From: Planctomycetota bacterium
Lineage (GTDB): Bacteria; Planctomycetota; UBA11346
Direction of reading: 5' to 3'
Assembly (NCBI GenBank): GCA_038231435.1
Contig: JBBRLJ010000004.1
Coordinates: 1-64,000 of the forward strand
Length of the DNA stretch: 64,000 nt
In this document: positions 9,340-18,075 of the stretch, piece after piece
Layout: each line of letters begins with the position of its first letter
How positions within the stretch are numbered: position 1 is the stretch's first letter
The notes under the pieces: model-generated
The model's input: the letters and a program-made list of their open reading frames with translations, nothing else
The model's database searches: none
What the model was told of the DNA's origin: nothing
Made by a program: the position numbers and the translations under genes

Positions 9340-10959
9340 ATGAGCTTCTTTGATCTCGCTCGCACTCCCGATCTCGTCAAGGCCGTCACCGAGGCCGGCG
9401 TCGTGCCGCTCGAGGAGACGGCCGGCACCTGGCGTGGCAGTGTCGATGGCGGAGGCATCGAGGTCGGATGCGCGGACGGCGACACTCGGCGGATCAGCCT
9501 GCGCGCTCCCGGCGCGGCGGTGCTCAGGCTCCAGCTGCGCTGGCGCGCCGACGTGCCCGCCAACATGCATTATCTCGCCGACCACTGGGAGCGCGGCTAC
9601 GGCGATCTCGCCTGGCGCACCCTGGTTCCCGAGCGGCCGATGCCCTGGTACTTCCTCGCCCATGACGGAGAGGTCACCCATGCGTACGGAGTGATGACCC
9701 AGGCGAACAGCTTGTGCTGCTGGCAGGTCGACGATCGCGGCATCTCGCTGTGGATCGATGTCGCGTGTGGCGGCACCGGCGTCCGCCTCGGCGAGCGCGA
9801 GCTGCACGCCTGCACGGTGATCTCCCGGCGCGGCTTGCCCGGAGAATCCGCCTCGGCCGCCGCGCACCATTTCGCCAAGCGCATGTGCCCGTCTCCGCGC
9901 ATGCCCGCGTCGCCCGCCTACGGCGCGAACGATTGGTATTACGCGTACGGCAAGAACACCGCCGAAGGCATCCTGCGCGACGCGCACACCCTCGTGGAAC
10001 TGTCTCCCGGGGGCGCCAACCGCCCCTTCCAGGTCATCGACGCCGGCTGGTCGAAGCACAACAAGACCGGTTGCGACGGTGGGCCCTGGAACCTCGGCAA
10101 TGCCAATTTTCCGGACATGCCTGGACTGGCGGCATCGATGCGCGCGCTCGGCGTGCGGCCCGGCATCTGGTGCCGTCCGCTGCTGTACGAGGAGGATCTG
10201 CCCGCGTCGCTGCTCCTGCCGCGTAACCGCTTCCCGGTGCATGAACGCAGCCATCTCCTCGACCCGACGGTGCCGGCGGCGCTCGAGCGCATCGGCGACG
10301 ACATCCGCCGCTTCCGCGAGTGGGGCTACGAGCTGGTGAAACACGATTTCTCGACCTGGGACATCCTCGGCCGCTGGGGCTTCGCCATGGGCTTCGAGGT
10401 CACCGATCCGGGGTGGCACTTCGCCGACCGCTCGCGCACTACCGCCGAGGCGGTGCTCGCCCTCTACCGCACCATCCGCGAGGCGGCGGGCGACATGGCC
10501 ATCATCGGCTGCAACACCATCGGCCATCTCGCCGCCGGGCTGGTCGAGCTCAATCGCACGGGCGACGACACCAGCGGCAAGTCGTGGGAACGCACGCGCA
10601 AGATGGGCGTCAACACGCTCGCGTTCCGCGCGCATCAGCACGGAGCGTTCTTCGCGGTCGATGCCGACTGCGTGGGCCTGACCACCAAGGTGCCGTGGGA
10701 GCTCAACCGCCAATGGCTCGACCTGTTGGCGCGCTCGGGGACCCCGCTGTTCGTATCGGCCGATCCCGAAGCCCTGGGCGCCGATCAGCGCGCTGCCTTG
10801 AAGGAGGCGTTCGCGTTCGCGGCCGAGCCGCGGGCGCTCGCCGAGCCGCTCGACTGGATGTACTCGACGGCGCCATCGTACTGGCGCTTCGGGGACGAGA
10901 GCGCCCACTACGACTGGTACCGCGAGGACGGCGTGCGCATCCTCGACCACAAGCTGTGA
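9340..10959 (+). CDS. Glycoside hydrolase, GH36/alpha-galactosidase-like (clan D)
   Basis: NDWY, VIDAGW, NxxFPDM, PGIW, LDPT, KHDF (nucleophile), RTGDD (acid/base). Confidence 0.8.
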   Translation: MSFFDLARTPDLVKAVTEAGVVPLEETAGTWRGSVDGGGIEVGCADGDTRRISLRAPGAAVLRLQLRWRADVPANMHYLADHWERGYGDLAWRTLVPERPMPWYFLAHDGEVTHAYGVMTQANSLCCWQVDDRGISLWIDVACGGTGVRLGERELHACTVISRRGLPGESASAAAHHFAKRMCPSPRMPASPAYGANDWYYAYGKNTAEGILRDAHTLVELSPGGANRPFQVIDAGWSKHNKTGCDGGPWNLGNANFPDMPGLAASMRALGVRPGIWCRPLLYEEDLPASLLLPRNRFPVHERSHLLDPTVPAALERIGDDIRRFREWGYELVKHDFSTWDILGRWGFAMGFEVTDPGWHFADRSRTTAEAVLALYRTIREAAGDMAIIGCNTIGHLAAGLVELNRTGDDTSGKSWERTRKMGVNTLAFRAHQHGAFFAVDADCVGLTTKVPWELNRQWLDLLARSGTPLFVSADPEALGADQRAALKEAFAFAAEPRALAEPLDWMYSTAPSYWRFGDESAHYDWYREDGVRILDHKL

Positions 10960-11038
10960 TCCTGGCCGCTCACGGCCGCGGCGTTTGACTCGGGCCTGAC
11001 CGCGCTTGGCGCAGGCCTCGAGGGGTTAGGCTGGCGGC

Positions 11039-13024
11039 ATGGCCCCTCCCCGCAACGTCGCGCGCAAGCTCATCGATTCCCATCTCGTCGATGGCCACGC
11101 GCTGCCCGGCCAGGAGATCGGGCTGCGCATCGACCAGACCCTCACCCAGGACGCCACCGGCACCCTGGTGATGCTCGAGCTCGAGGCGATGGGCCTCGAG
11201 CGGGTGCGCACCGAGGTCTCGGTGCAGTACGTCGACCACAACATGCTGCAGACGGATTTCCGCAATCCGGACGATCACCTGTTCCTGCACTCCGCCTGCC
11301 AGCGTTTCGGCATCTGGTACAGCCGTCCTGGCAATGGCGTCAGCCACGCGGTGCACATGGAGCGTTTCGGCAAGCCGGGGCGTTCGCTGGTCGGATCCGA
11401 CAGCCATACCCCGGCGGCGGGATCCCTGGGCATGCTCAGCTTCGGGTCCGGCGGGCTCGACGTGGCGTTCGCCATGGCCGGCGAACCGCTCTACCTGAAG
11501 ATGCCGAAGATCCTCGGCGTCGAGCTCACCGGCGCGCTGCCGGCGTGGGTGAGCGCCAAGGACGTGGTGCTCGAGATGCTGCGCCGCTACAACGTCAAGG
11601 GCTGTCGCGGCATGATCGTCGAATACCACGGCGCCGGCCTGGCGTGCCTGAGCGCGATGGATCGCCACGTCATCGCCAACATGGGCACCGAGCTCGGGGC
11701 GACCACCACCGTCTTCCCGTCGGACCTCGAGACGCGGCGGTTCCTGAAGACCCAGGAGCGCGAGGAGGACTGGATAGAGCTCCAGGCGGATCCGGGCTGC
11801 TCCTACGACGTCGAGGATCGCATCGATCTCTCGACCCTGGTGCCGCTGATCGCCTGCCCGTCGAGCCCGGGCAACGTGGTGACGGTGCGCGAGGTCGAGG
11901 GCCGCCCCATCTACCAGTCCTACGTCGGCTCGTCGGCGAATCCCGGCCTGCGCGATTTCTGGGTGGTGGCGAAGATCATGGCCGGGCGACGCGCCAGCCA
12001 GAACGTCTCGCTCGATATCAATCCGAGCTCGCGCGCAGTGATCGAAAATCTCGCGGCGATGGGCGCCTTCCAACTGCTGATCGCCGCCGGAGCGCGTTTC
12101 CACCAGGCCGGCTGCAATGGCTGCATCGGCATGGGCCAGGCGCCGGCCACCCATCAGATCAGCCTGCGCACCGTACCGCGCAACTTCCCGGGGCGTTCGG
12201 GAACCAAGGAGGATCTCGTCTACCTGGTGAGCCCCGAGACCACGGCGGCCTCAGCCCTCACCGGGCGCATCACCGATCCGCGCGACCTGGAGAAGCTCCT
12301 CGGCATCGCCTGGCCGCGCTTCGCGGAGCCAGAAGTCCAGGCGATCAACCGCGACCTGATGGCGCCGGAACCTGTGAGCGGCATCGCCATCAATCTCCAG
12401 CGCGGGCCGAACATCAAGGCGCTGCCGCGTTTCGATCCGCTCGCCGACGCCTACGCCGTGCCGGTTGCACTGAAGATGACGGACAACGTCTCGACCGACG
12501 AGATCCTGATGGCGGGCGCGAAGGCGCTTCCCTTCCGCAGCAACATCCCCGCCATCAGCCAGTACGCGTACTTCGCCATCGATGAGACCTTCGCCGCGCG
12601 CGCGCACGTGGCGAAGGAACGCTTCGGCGGGCATCTGGTGGTCGCGGGCGACAACTACGCGCAGGGCTCGAGCCGCGAGCACGCCGCGCTCGCGCCGCGC
12701 TATCTCGGCCAGATAGCCGTGCTGGCGAAGAGCTACGCGCGCATCGGCTGGCAGAATCTCGCCAACTTCGGCATCGTAGCGCTCGAGTTCGTGGATCCGA
12801 AGGAGTACGATGCGATCGACCAGGACGACGTCATCGAATTCGCCGACCTGCGCACCGCCATCGCCTCGGGCGAGCCGATCATCGCCCGCAACCGCACCAA
12901 GGGCGCCGAGATCCGCTTGACCCACCGACTGAGCGAACGCCAAGTGCGCGCGGTGCTCGCCGGCGGGCAGATCGAGCTGTTCCGGCGCGAGCACGTGGTG
13001 GAGACCCCCCGCATCGGCGGCTGA
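11039..13024 (+). CDS. Aconitate hydratase (short, ~660-aa type)
   Basis: QDATGT, DHN, GSDSHT, GCNGCIGMGQ, RNFPGR, STDEI, NYAQGSSREHA. Confidence 0.92.
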   Translation: MAPPRNVARKLIDSHLVDGHALPGQEIGLRIDQTLTQDATGTLVMLELEAMGLERVRTEVSVQYVDHNMLQTDFRNPDDHLFLHSACQRFGIWYSRPGNGVSHAVHMERFGKPGRSLVGSDSHTPAAGSLGMLSFGSGGLDVAFAMAGEPLYLKMPKILGVELTGALPAWVSAKDVVLEMLRRYNVKGCRGMIVEYHGAGLACLSAMDRHVIANMGTELGATTTVFPSDLETRRFLKTQEREEDWIELQADPGCSYDVEDRIDLSTLVPLIACPSSPGNVVTVREVEGRPIYQSYVGSSANPGLRDFWVVAKIMAGRRASQNVSLDINPSSRAVIENLAAMGAFQLLIAAGARFHQAGCNGCIGMGQAPATHQISLRTVPRNFPGRSGTKEDLVYLVSPETTAASALTGRITDPRDLEKLLGIAWPRFAEPEVQAINRDLMAPEPVSGIAINLQRGPNIKALPRFDPLADAYAVPVALKMTDNVSTDEILMAGAKALPFRSNIPAISQYAYFAIDETFAARAHVAKERFGGHLVVAGDNYAQGSSREHAALAPRYLGQIAVLAKSYARIGWQNLANFGIVALEFVDPKEYDAIDQDDVIEFADLRTAIASGEPIIARNRTKGAEIRLTHRLSERQVRAVLAGGQIELFRREHVVETPRIGG

Positions 13025-13154
13025 TCTCGACCGATCTCCCGCGACTGGGCGATCTCCCTGCTGATGTCCGCCGATATCGTCATGGACGAAGCTGTCATCG
13101 ATTCCTCCCGAGAGCTTGCACACAGCCGCAAGTCGATCGGCTGGGAAACATCCA

Positions 13155-13179
13155 CATCCGCGCGATCACGGCATTCGTA
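13155..13179 (+). promoter_or_regulatory. Candidate ECF sigma-factor promoter CATCC-N16-CGTA
   Basis: CATCC at 13155-13159, a 16-nt spacer, CGTA at 13176-13179, about 40 nt upstream of the DUF4331 start. Resembles SigK-type ECF promoters. Confidence 0.55.
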
Positions 13180-13218
13180 CCCCTGGACCACCCGCCCCCA
13201 TGGGGCCCAGGAGACGAC

Positions 13219-13959
13219 ATGCCCAACGCACCCCACTCCACTGCCACTGACCGCCCCGCGACGGGCGCGATGTCCCACGCGCTTCGCGCACTGGTCTCCG
13301 TCGGTTTGGTCGTTCCGCTCGCCATCGCCTTGATGGGCTCCGACCATCGCGATGGTCCGGGCACCACCGCCGACCGCGCCGCCGACATCGCGGATCTCTA
13401 CGCCTTCCATGACCTTCCCGGCAACAAGCTCACCACCGTCCTGACCTTCGCCGGACTGGGCGCTGCGGGCGCGCCGGCGGTCTACGATCCGGACGTGGTC
13501 TACACCATCAACATCGACACCAATGCCGATCAGACCCCGGAATTCAGCCTTAAATGCCACTTCTCGACCAGCGGCGGCAACACCTTGCTCATGGTCGACG
13601 GGCTTCCTGGTCGCACCGGGACCACCACCAGCCAGGTCGAAGCGGTGACCGATACCGGCGCTGGCCAGAAGCTGTTCGCGGGCTTGCGCGATGATCCGTT
13701 CTTCTTCGATCTCGACGGCTTCCACATGACCCTCGACAAGGCGGCTTCGGATTCGACCCTCCTGTTCAACAACACCCGCGATTTCTTCGCCGGCACCAAC
13801 GTCACGGCGATCGTGCTCGAGATGAAGCTGAGCGACGTCACCGCCAGCGGCGCCAATCCGAATCTCCAGCTTTGGGCGACCACCGAACGCAGCTCCATCA
13901 GGAATGCGATGATTCCGGCACTACACCACGACGACCAAGCCCTCGTGGCGAGGAAGTGA
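13219..13959 (+). CDS. DUF4331-family exported protein (N-terminal-half type)
   Basis: AGGAG RBS, signal-like segment, then SDHRDGP...ADIADLYAF, YTINID, FAGLRDDPFFFD, DFFAGTNVTAIVLE. Confidence 0.85.
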   Translation: MPNAPHSTATDRPATGAMSHALRALVSVGLVVPLAIALMGSDHRDGPGTTADRAADIADLYAFHDLPGNKLTTVLTFAGLGAAGAPAVYDPDVVYTINIDTNADQTPEFSLKCHFSTSGGNTLLMVDGLPGRTGTTTSQVEAVTDTGAGQKLFAGLRDDPFFFDLDGFHMTLDKAASDSTLLFNNTRDFFAGTNVTAIVLEMKLSDVTASGANPNLQLWATTERSSIRNAMIPALHHDDQALVARK

Positions 13960-13970
13960 GGAGCACCACC

Positions 13971-14540
13971 ATGAAGAATCACATCCATCTCTCCATCGGC
14001 GTCGTCGCCGCGCTCGCCATCGCCTCGGGCGTCACCCTCTCCAGCTGCGGCCTCAAGAAGAGCGATACCCACCGCATCACCGTGGTCTCGCAAGTCGACC
14101 GAGTAGGCATGCCCGCGGTCGCAACCGCGCTCATCACCGATAAGGACGGCTACAACGCGGCTTCACCGCATGACGATGCCGCGGGCACGTTCGTCCCGAT
14201 GATCACCGCGAATCTGGATTCGATCCACACCAAGCTGAACGATGATATCACCGCGGCAGGTCTCAGGCCGACGGACACCGCTGGTTCTCTGTCGAATGCC
14301 GCAGCCGCCATCGTCCCTGACACGCTGAAGATCAACACCGCGGTCGCGGCGGGATTCCCCAATGGGCGCAAGCTCACGGATCCGGTCATGGACAGGACCT
14401 TGTCGCTGATCCTGCTCGTGCAGAGCGCGACCCCCGCGCCTGCTCAGGACATCAATACCCTGGCGAACCTTCCATTGAATCCGCCAGCGAACGACAAGGC
14501 GTTCGCTGCAACATTCCCGTATCTGGCCTCGCCGTTCTGA
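13971..14540 (+). CDS. DUF4331-family lipoprotein (C-terminal-half type)
   Basis: GAGGAG RBS, lipobox LSSC, QVDRVGMPAV, PDTLKI, GFPNGRKLTDPVMD, NDKAF..TFPYLA. Confidence 0.85.
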   Translation: MKNHIHLSIGVVAALAIASGVTLSSCGLKKSDTHRITVVSQVDRVGMPAVATALITDKDGYNAASPHDDAAGTFVPMITANLDSIHTKLNDDITAAGLRPTDTAGSLSNAAAAIVPDTLKINTAVAAGFPNGRKLTDPVMDRTLSLILLVQSATPAPAQDINTLANLPLNPPANDKAFAATFPYLASPF

Positions 14541-14546
14541 ATCCGC

Positions 14547-14577
14547 CCGCGGCCGCGGCGCCATGCCGCGGCCGCGG
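14547..14577 (+). terminator. GC-rich intercistronic hairpin
   Basis: CCGCGGCCGCGGC-GCCAT-GCCGCGGCCGCGG followed by CCTTT, between the DUF4331 and TPR genes. Confidence 0.5.
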
Positions 14578-14595
14578 CCTTTCCTGAGATGCCAG

Positions 14596-15888
14596 ATGAG
14601 AAACGCCATTCGGCTGTCCATACTCGCGGTGATCCTCTCGGTAGCCTGCACGGTCGCCGTCGGCGCGGCGGTGATCACGCTGAAACCCGTAGCTCTACCC
14701 GTGGCCGCCATCGCCGGGACCCGGTCGGCAACGACCTATGCCACGCACGTGCGCGAGCTCGATCGCTGGATCGACGGACTGATGGCGCGCGTCCAGGCGC
14801 ACCCGGATTCGTACCTGACCTACGAGAGCTTGGCCAACGCCTACCGGAATCGCGCCCAGTTCACGGGCGCATACATCGATTTCCAGCGCGCAACCGAGTG
14901 CATGGAACATTCGTTCGCGGTCGCCGGGGCCGGAACCGGTCCATACCTGTCACGAGCACAGCTCAATGCCTCTCTGCACCGCTATCCCCTGATCGACGCC
15001 GATCTCCGCGCAGCCTCGGGTGGGTACAACGACCAGAAGAAGGCGGCGGCGATCGTCGCGCTGACCGGCAGCAGCGCGTTCTACTGCGGACGATACGACG
15101 ATGCGCTCGAGGACTACCGACGTGCGCTCGAACTCGATCGCAGCCCCACCAATCTCTTCGCTCTCGCGGATGCACGCGCCAGCATCGGAGACCGCGACGG
15201 CTCCGAGCTTCTGCTCGACGAGGCCGAGCGTCTCGCCGTGGACTCCGATGTGGTCACGCGCGCCTGGCTCGCCGTCCAACGAGGCGTACTCGCGCTCGAT
15301 CGCGGACGTTGGGACGAAGCCGAACAGCGTTATCGCCAAGCGGATTCGATCCTGTCCGGGTGGTGGATGGTGGAATCCCGTCTCGCCGAGCTCGCGGCGC
15401 TGCGCGGAGATTCTGCAGCGGCGATCACCGCCTACCGGGATCTGGTCAAGCGCACTGGCAAGCCGGAATTGATGGACGCGTTGTCGACCCTGCTGCGCGC
15501 CGACGGGCAGGAGGCTGATGCGGCGCGCTGGGCCGAGACCGCGCGCGTCGCCTATGCCGCGCTGCTCTCCGACCATCCCGAGGCCGCCTACGGCCACGCG
15601 CTTGACCATTACCTGTCGGTCGACGCCGATGCCGCAATGGCCGTCGACCTGGCCGAACGCAACCATCAGCTACGGCCAGGAGGCGAGGCGACCACCAAAC
15701 TCGCTCGTGCTTACCTCAAGGCCGGCAGGATCGAGGACGCCCGCGCCACCATCGATGGCCTCCTGGCCACTCCCTGGAATACCGCCCAGGCCCACGCCAC
15801 CGCCGCGGCAGTCTACGCCGCTGGCGGCGATCGTACGCGCGCCGATGCGCAGCGCGCTCTGGCGCGCGCGATCGATCCGCATTCCTGA
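14596..15888 (+). CDS. Exported/membrane-anchored tetratricopeptide-repeat protein
   Basis: N-terminal hydrophobic segment. TPR-like repeats (GRYDDALEDYRRAL, GRWDEAEQRYRQA, LARAYLKAGRIEDA). Confidence 0.8.
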   Translation: MRNAIRLSILAVILSVACTVAVGAAVITLKPVALPVAAIAGTRSATTYATHVRELDRWIDGLMARVQAHPDSYLTYESLANAYRNRAQFTGAYIDFQRATECMEHSFAVAGAGTGPYLSRAQLNASLHRYPLIDADLRAASGGYNDQKKAAAIVALTGSSAFYCGRYDDALEDYRRALELDRSPTNLFALADARASIGDRDGSELLLDEAERLAVDSDVVTRAWLAVQRGVLALDRGRWDEAEQRYRQADSILSGWWMVESRLAELAALRGDSAAAITAYRDLVKRTGKPELMDALSTLLRADGQEADAARWAETARVAYAALLSDHPEAAYGHALDHYLSVDADAAMAVDLAERNHQLRPGGEATTKLARAYLKAGRIEDARATIDGLLATPWNTAQAHATAAAVYAAGGDRTRADAQRALARAIDPHS

Positions 15889-15946
15889 TGGGACGCACGC
15901 TTTCCCGATGGACCACGGTCGGATCGGCCCTCAGAGTCCGGCCTTG

Positions 15947-17116
15947 ATGCATCCGACCTTCTTCTTGTCCCTCCTCCTACGCACGGCACGCATGGCCCAG
16001 CCGATGCTGGCGCTGATCGCCGCCCTGCTGCTGTGCGCGCCAGCGCAGGCCCACGATCCGCTGGTCGTCGAAGTCGAGATCACCATCGATGGAGCCACCC
16101 TGTCGGTATCCGTCGAGGTGAAGCAGTGGGCACTGCTGTCGGTGGTCGGCGAGCGGAGATCGCTATTCGTGGATCGCGCCGAGTTCGATCGCTTGCAGCC
16201 TCGCCTCGCCGCCTATCTCGCGTCGAAGCTCTCGCTGACGGCGAGCGCGCTGCCGATCCCCCTCGCACCGGTCTCCGATGACATGGCTGGCGGCGCAGGT
16301 GAGCTGCCCGATCCGTTGCGCTTCACCTTCGAAGGACCAACTCCGACATCAGGCGCGGAGCTGGAGCTCGTGATCGATGCTTTCTCCGAGTTCGGATCCA
16401 CCGCTTCCATCATCGACAACGTGAACGTGCGTGGCATGCGTGTGGAGACGCTGAGCAAGACGGTGAAGCCCGGCGAGCGCATCGTCCTCATGCTCCACGC
16501 TCCGCGCGCCCCCAGCGTCGAACCGTCCGCGCAAGCCAGCGGCTCTGCGTGGCAATTCCTGCGCCTGGGCTTCCTGCACATCCTGCCCGAGGGGCTCGAC
16601 CACATCCTCTTCGTGCTCGGGCTGTTCCTGCTGGCGCCGAAGCTGAAGCCCCTGCTGACGCAGATCACCGCCTTCACCATCGCCCATTCGATCACCCTCG
16701 GACTCGCGATGGCGGGAGTCCTCAGCCTGCCGTCGCGAATCGTCGAACCGCTGATCGCTTTGTCGATCGCCGTCGTGGCCATCGAGAACATCGTTTCCAA
16801 TCTCAAGCCTACGCGGGTGCGCGCATGGCGATGGCTGGTGGTATTCTGCTTCGGGCTCGTCCACGGCCTGGGTTTCGCTGGCGCGCTGCGCGGCATGCAC
16901 CTGCCGCCTGGCGGCATCCTCGCGCCGCTGGTCTGCTTCAACCTCGGAGTCGAGGGTGGCCAGCTCACGGTGATCGCCCTCGCCGCCATCGCCACCTGCT
17001 GGTTCTGGAGGAAGCCCTGGTACGTCCACCGGATCTCGATTCCTGCCAGCGCGCTGATCGCCTGCGTAGGACTGTTCTGGGCCATCCAGCGCGGATTTGG
17101 CTATGGGAGTGATTGA
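15947..17116 (+). CDS. HupE/UreJ-like (HupE_UreJ_2) membrane protein with periplasmic N-terminal domain
   Basis: Signal ending AQA|HD, G..HIL..GLDHILF, TAFTIAHSITL, VEPLIALSI, FGLVHGLGFA, FNLGVE.GQ. Start uncertain (15947/15992/16004). Confidence 0.9.
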   Translation: MHPTFFLSLLLRTARMAQPMLALIAALLLCAPAQAHDPLVVEVEITIDGATLSVSVEVKQWALLSVVGERRSLFVDRAEFDRLQPRLAAYLASKLSLTASALPIPLAPVSDDMAGGAGELPDPLRFTFEGPTPTSGAELELVIDAFSEFGSTASIIDNVNVRGMRVETLSKTVKPGERIVLMLHAPRAPSVEPSAQASGSAWQFLRLGFLHILPEGLDHILFVLGLFLLAPKLKPLLTQITAFTIAHSITLGLAMAGVLSLPSRIVEPLIALSIAVVAIENIVSNLKPTRVRAWRWLVVFCFGLVHGLGFAGALRGMHLPPGGILAPLVCFNLGVEGGQLTVIALAAIATCWFWRKPWYVHRISIPASALIACVGLFWAIQRGFGYGSD

Positions 17117-17126
17117 TGAGGCAAAC

Positions 17127-17996
17127 ATGCTGGAACCCATGAGTCGGAATGAGGGCCGGGTCGTGTCAGCGCTGTGGGCATGGGTGGCTGCCGCGACGCT
17201 GGCTTCGACCATGCCGGTGTACGCCGAGTCCGAATCGGTCTACCTGCCAGGTCCTGGTCACACCTATGTGAGCGTGGGCTGGTACGCGAGCACCTTCGAT
17301 GCCTACCTGGTCGGCAGGAAGCGCGTCGAGAACTCGAGCCTCGGACTCGGACGCGCGACCTACGTGCTCGGATCCGCCCAAGTCCAGTACGGTCTCCGTG
17401 CACGCCTCGCCATCGATGCCTCTACCGGTTATGTCCGATCGGAGATCCGCGGGTTGGGCAGCGATCAGGGATTGGCCGACAGCAAGGTAGGCCTGCGCTG
17501 GTTGCTCAACGACGAACGAACCGATCTCACCTCCTTGCCGAGCCTCGGCCTGCGCATCGGCGCGATCATCGAGGGTACCTACACGCCGAATCGCGACTAC
17601 TCCGCCGGAAAGGGCGCGAGTGGAGCCGAAGCCTCGCTGCTCGTCGGACGGCATTGGGAAGCTCTCGGCACGACGCTCAGCGGCGACGCCGGCTATCGCA
17701 TCCGCGCGGAGCACGTCCCCGACGAGATCTTCGTCACGGTGAAGATCGATCAGCGCATCCTCTCGTGGCTCGGCATCAGTCTCGGATACATCAGGGACCA
17801 GGCGTTGTCGGGTCCGGACACGCTGACGGGCGCGCCGTACCAGAGGATCCGCGAGATCCATGGCAGCGCCTTCGCCGCGGTGAATCTCGATAGCGGTCAC
17901 GATCAGTACGCCAGCATCTTCGTCGCGACCACCACCGACGGCGCGAACACCGGCGACTCGACCTCGGCGGGCGGCTCGCTCACGGTCGGCTTCTAG
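17127..17996 (+). CDS. Putative outer-membrane beta-barrel protein
   Basis: Signal peptide, alternating amphipathic strands, GLADSKVGLRW, terminal GGSLTVGF with C-terminal Phe. Confidence 0.65.
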   Translation: MLEPMSRNEGRVVSALWAWVAAATLASTMPVYAESESVYLPGPGHTYVSVGWYASTFDAYLVGRKRVENSSLGLGRATYVLGSAQVQYGLRARLAIDASTGYVRSEIRGLGSDQGLADSKVGLRWLLNDERTDLTSLPSLGLRIGAIIEGTYTPNRDYSAGKGASGAEASLLVGRHWEALGTTLSGDAGYRIRAEHVPDEIFVTVKIDQRILSWLGISLGYIRDQALSGPDTLTGAPYQRIREIHGSAFAAVNLDSGHDQYASIFVATTTDGANTGDSTSAGGSLTVGF

Positions 17997-18075
17997 CGGG
18001 TCGCTGTACGGCCTCCGGGCGGCCTCCCGGATTCCGGATCCTATCCGCGACTTTCCGAGACTTTCCGTATCGGAG

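Noticed and set aside
8845..10950. 701-aa minus-strand ORF
   Set aside because: Antisense to the GH36-like gene and the 8851 ORF, which carry the real motifs.
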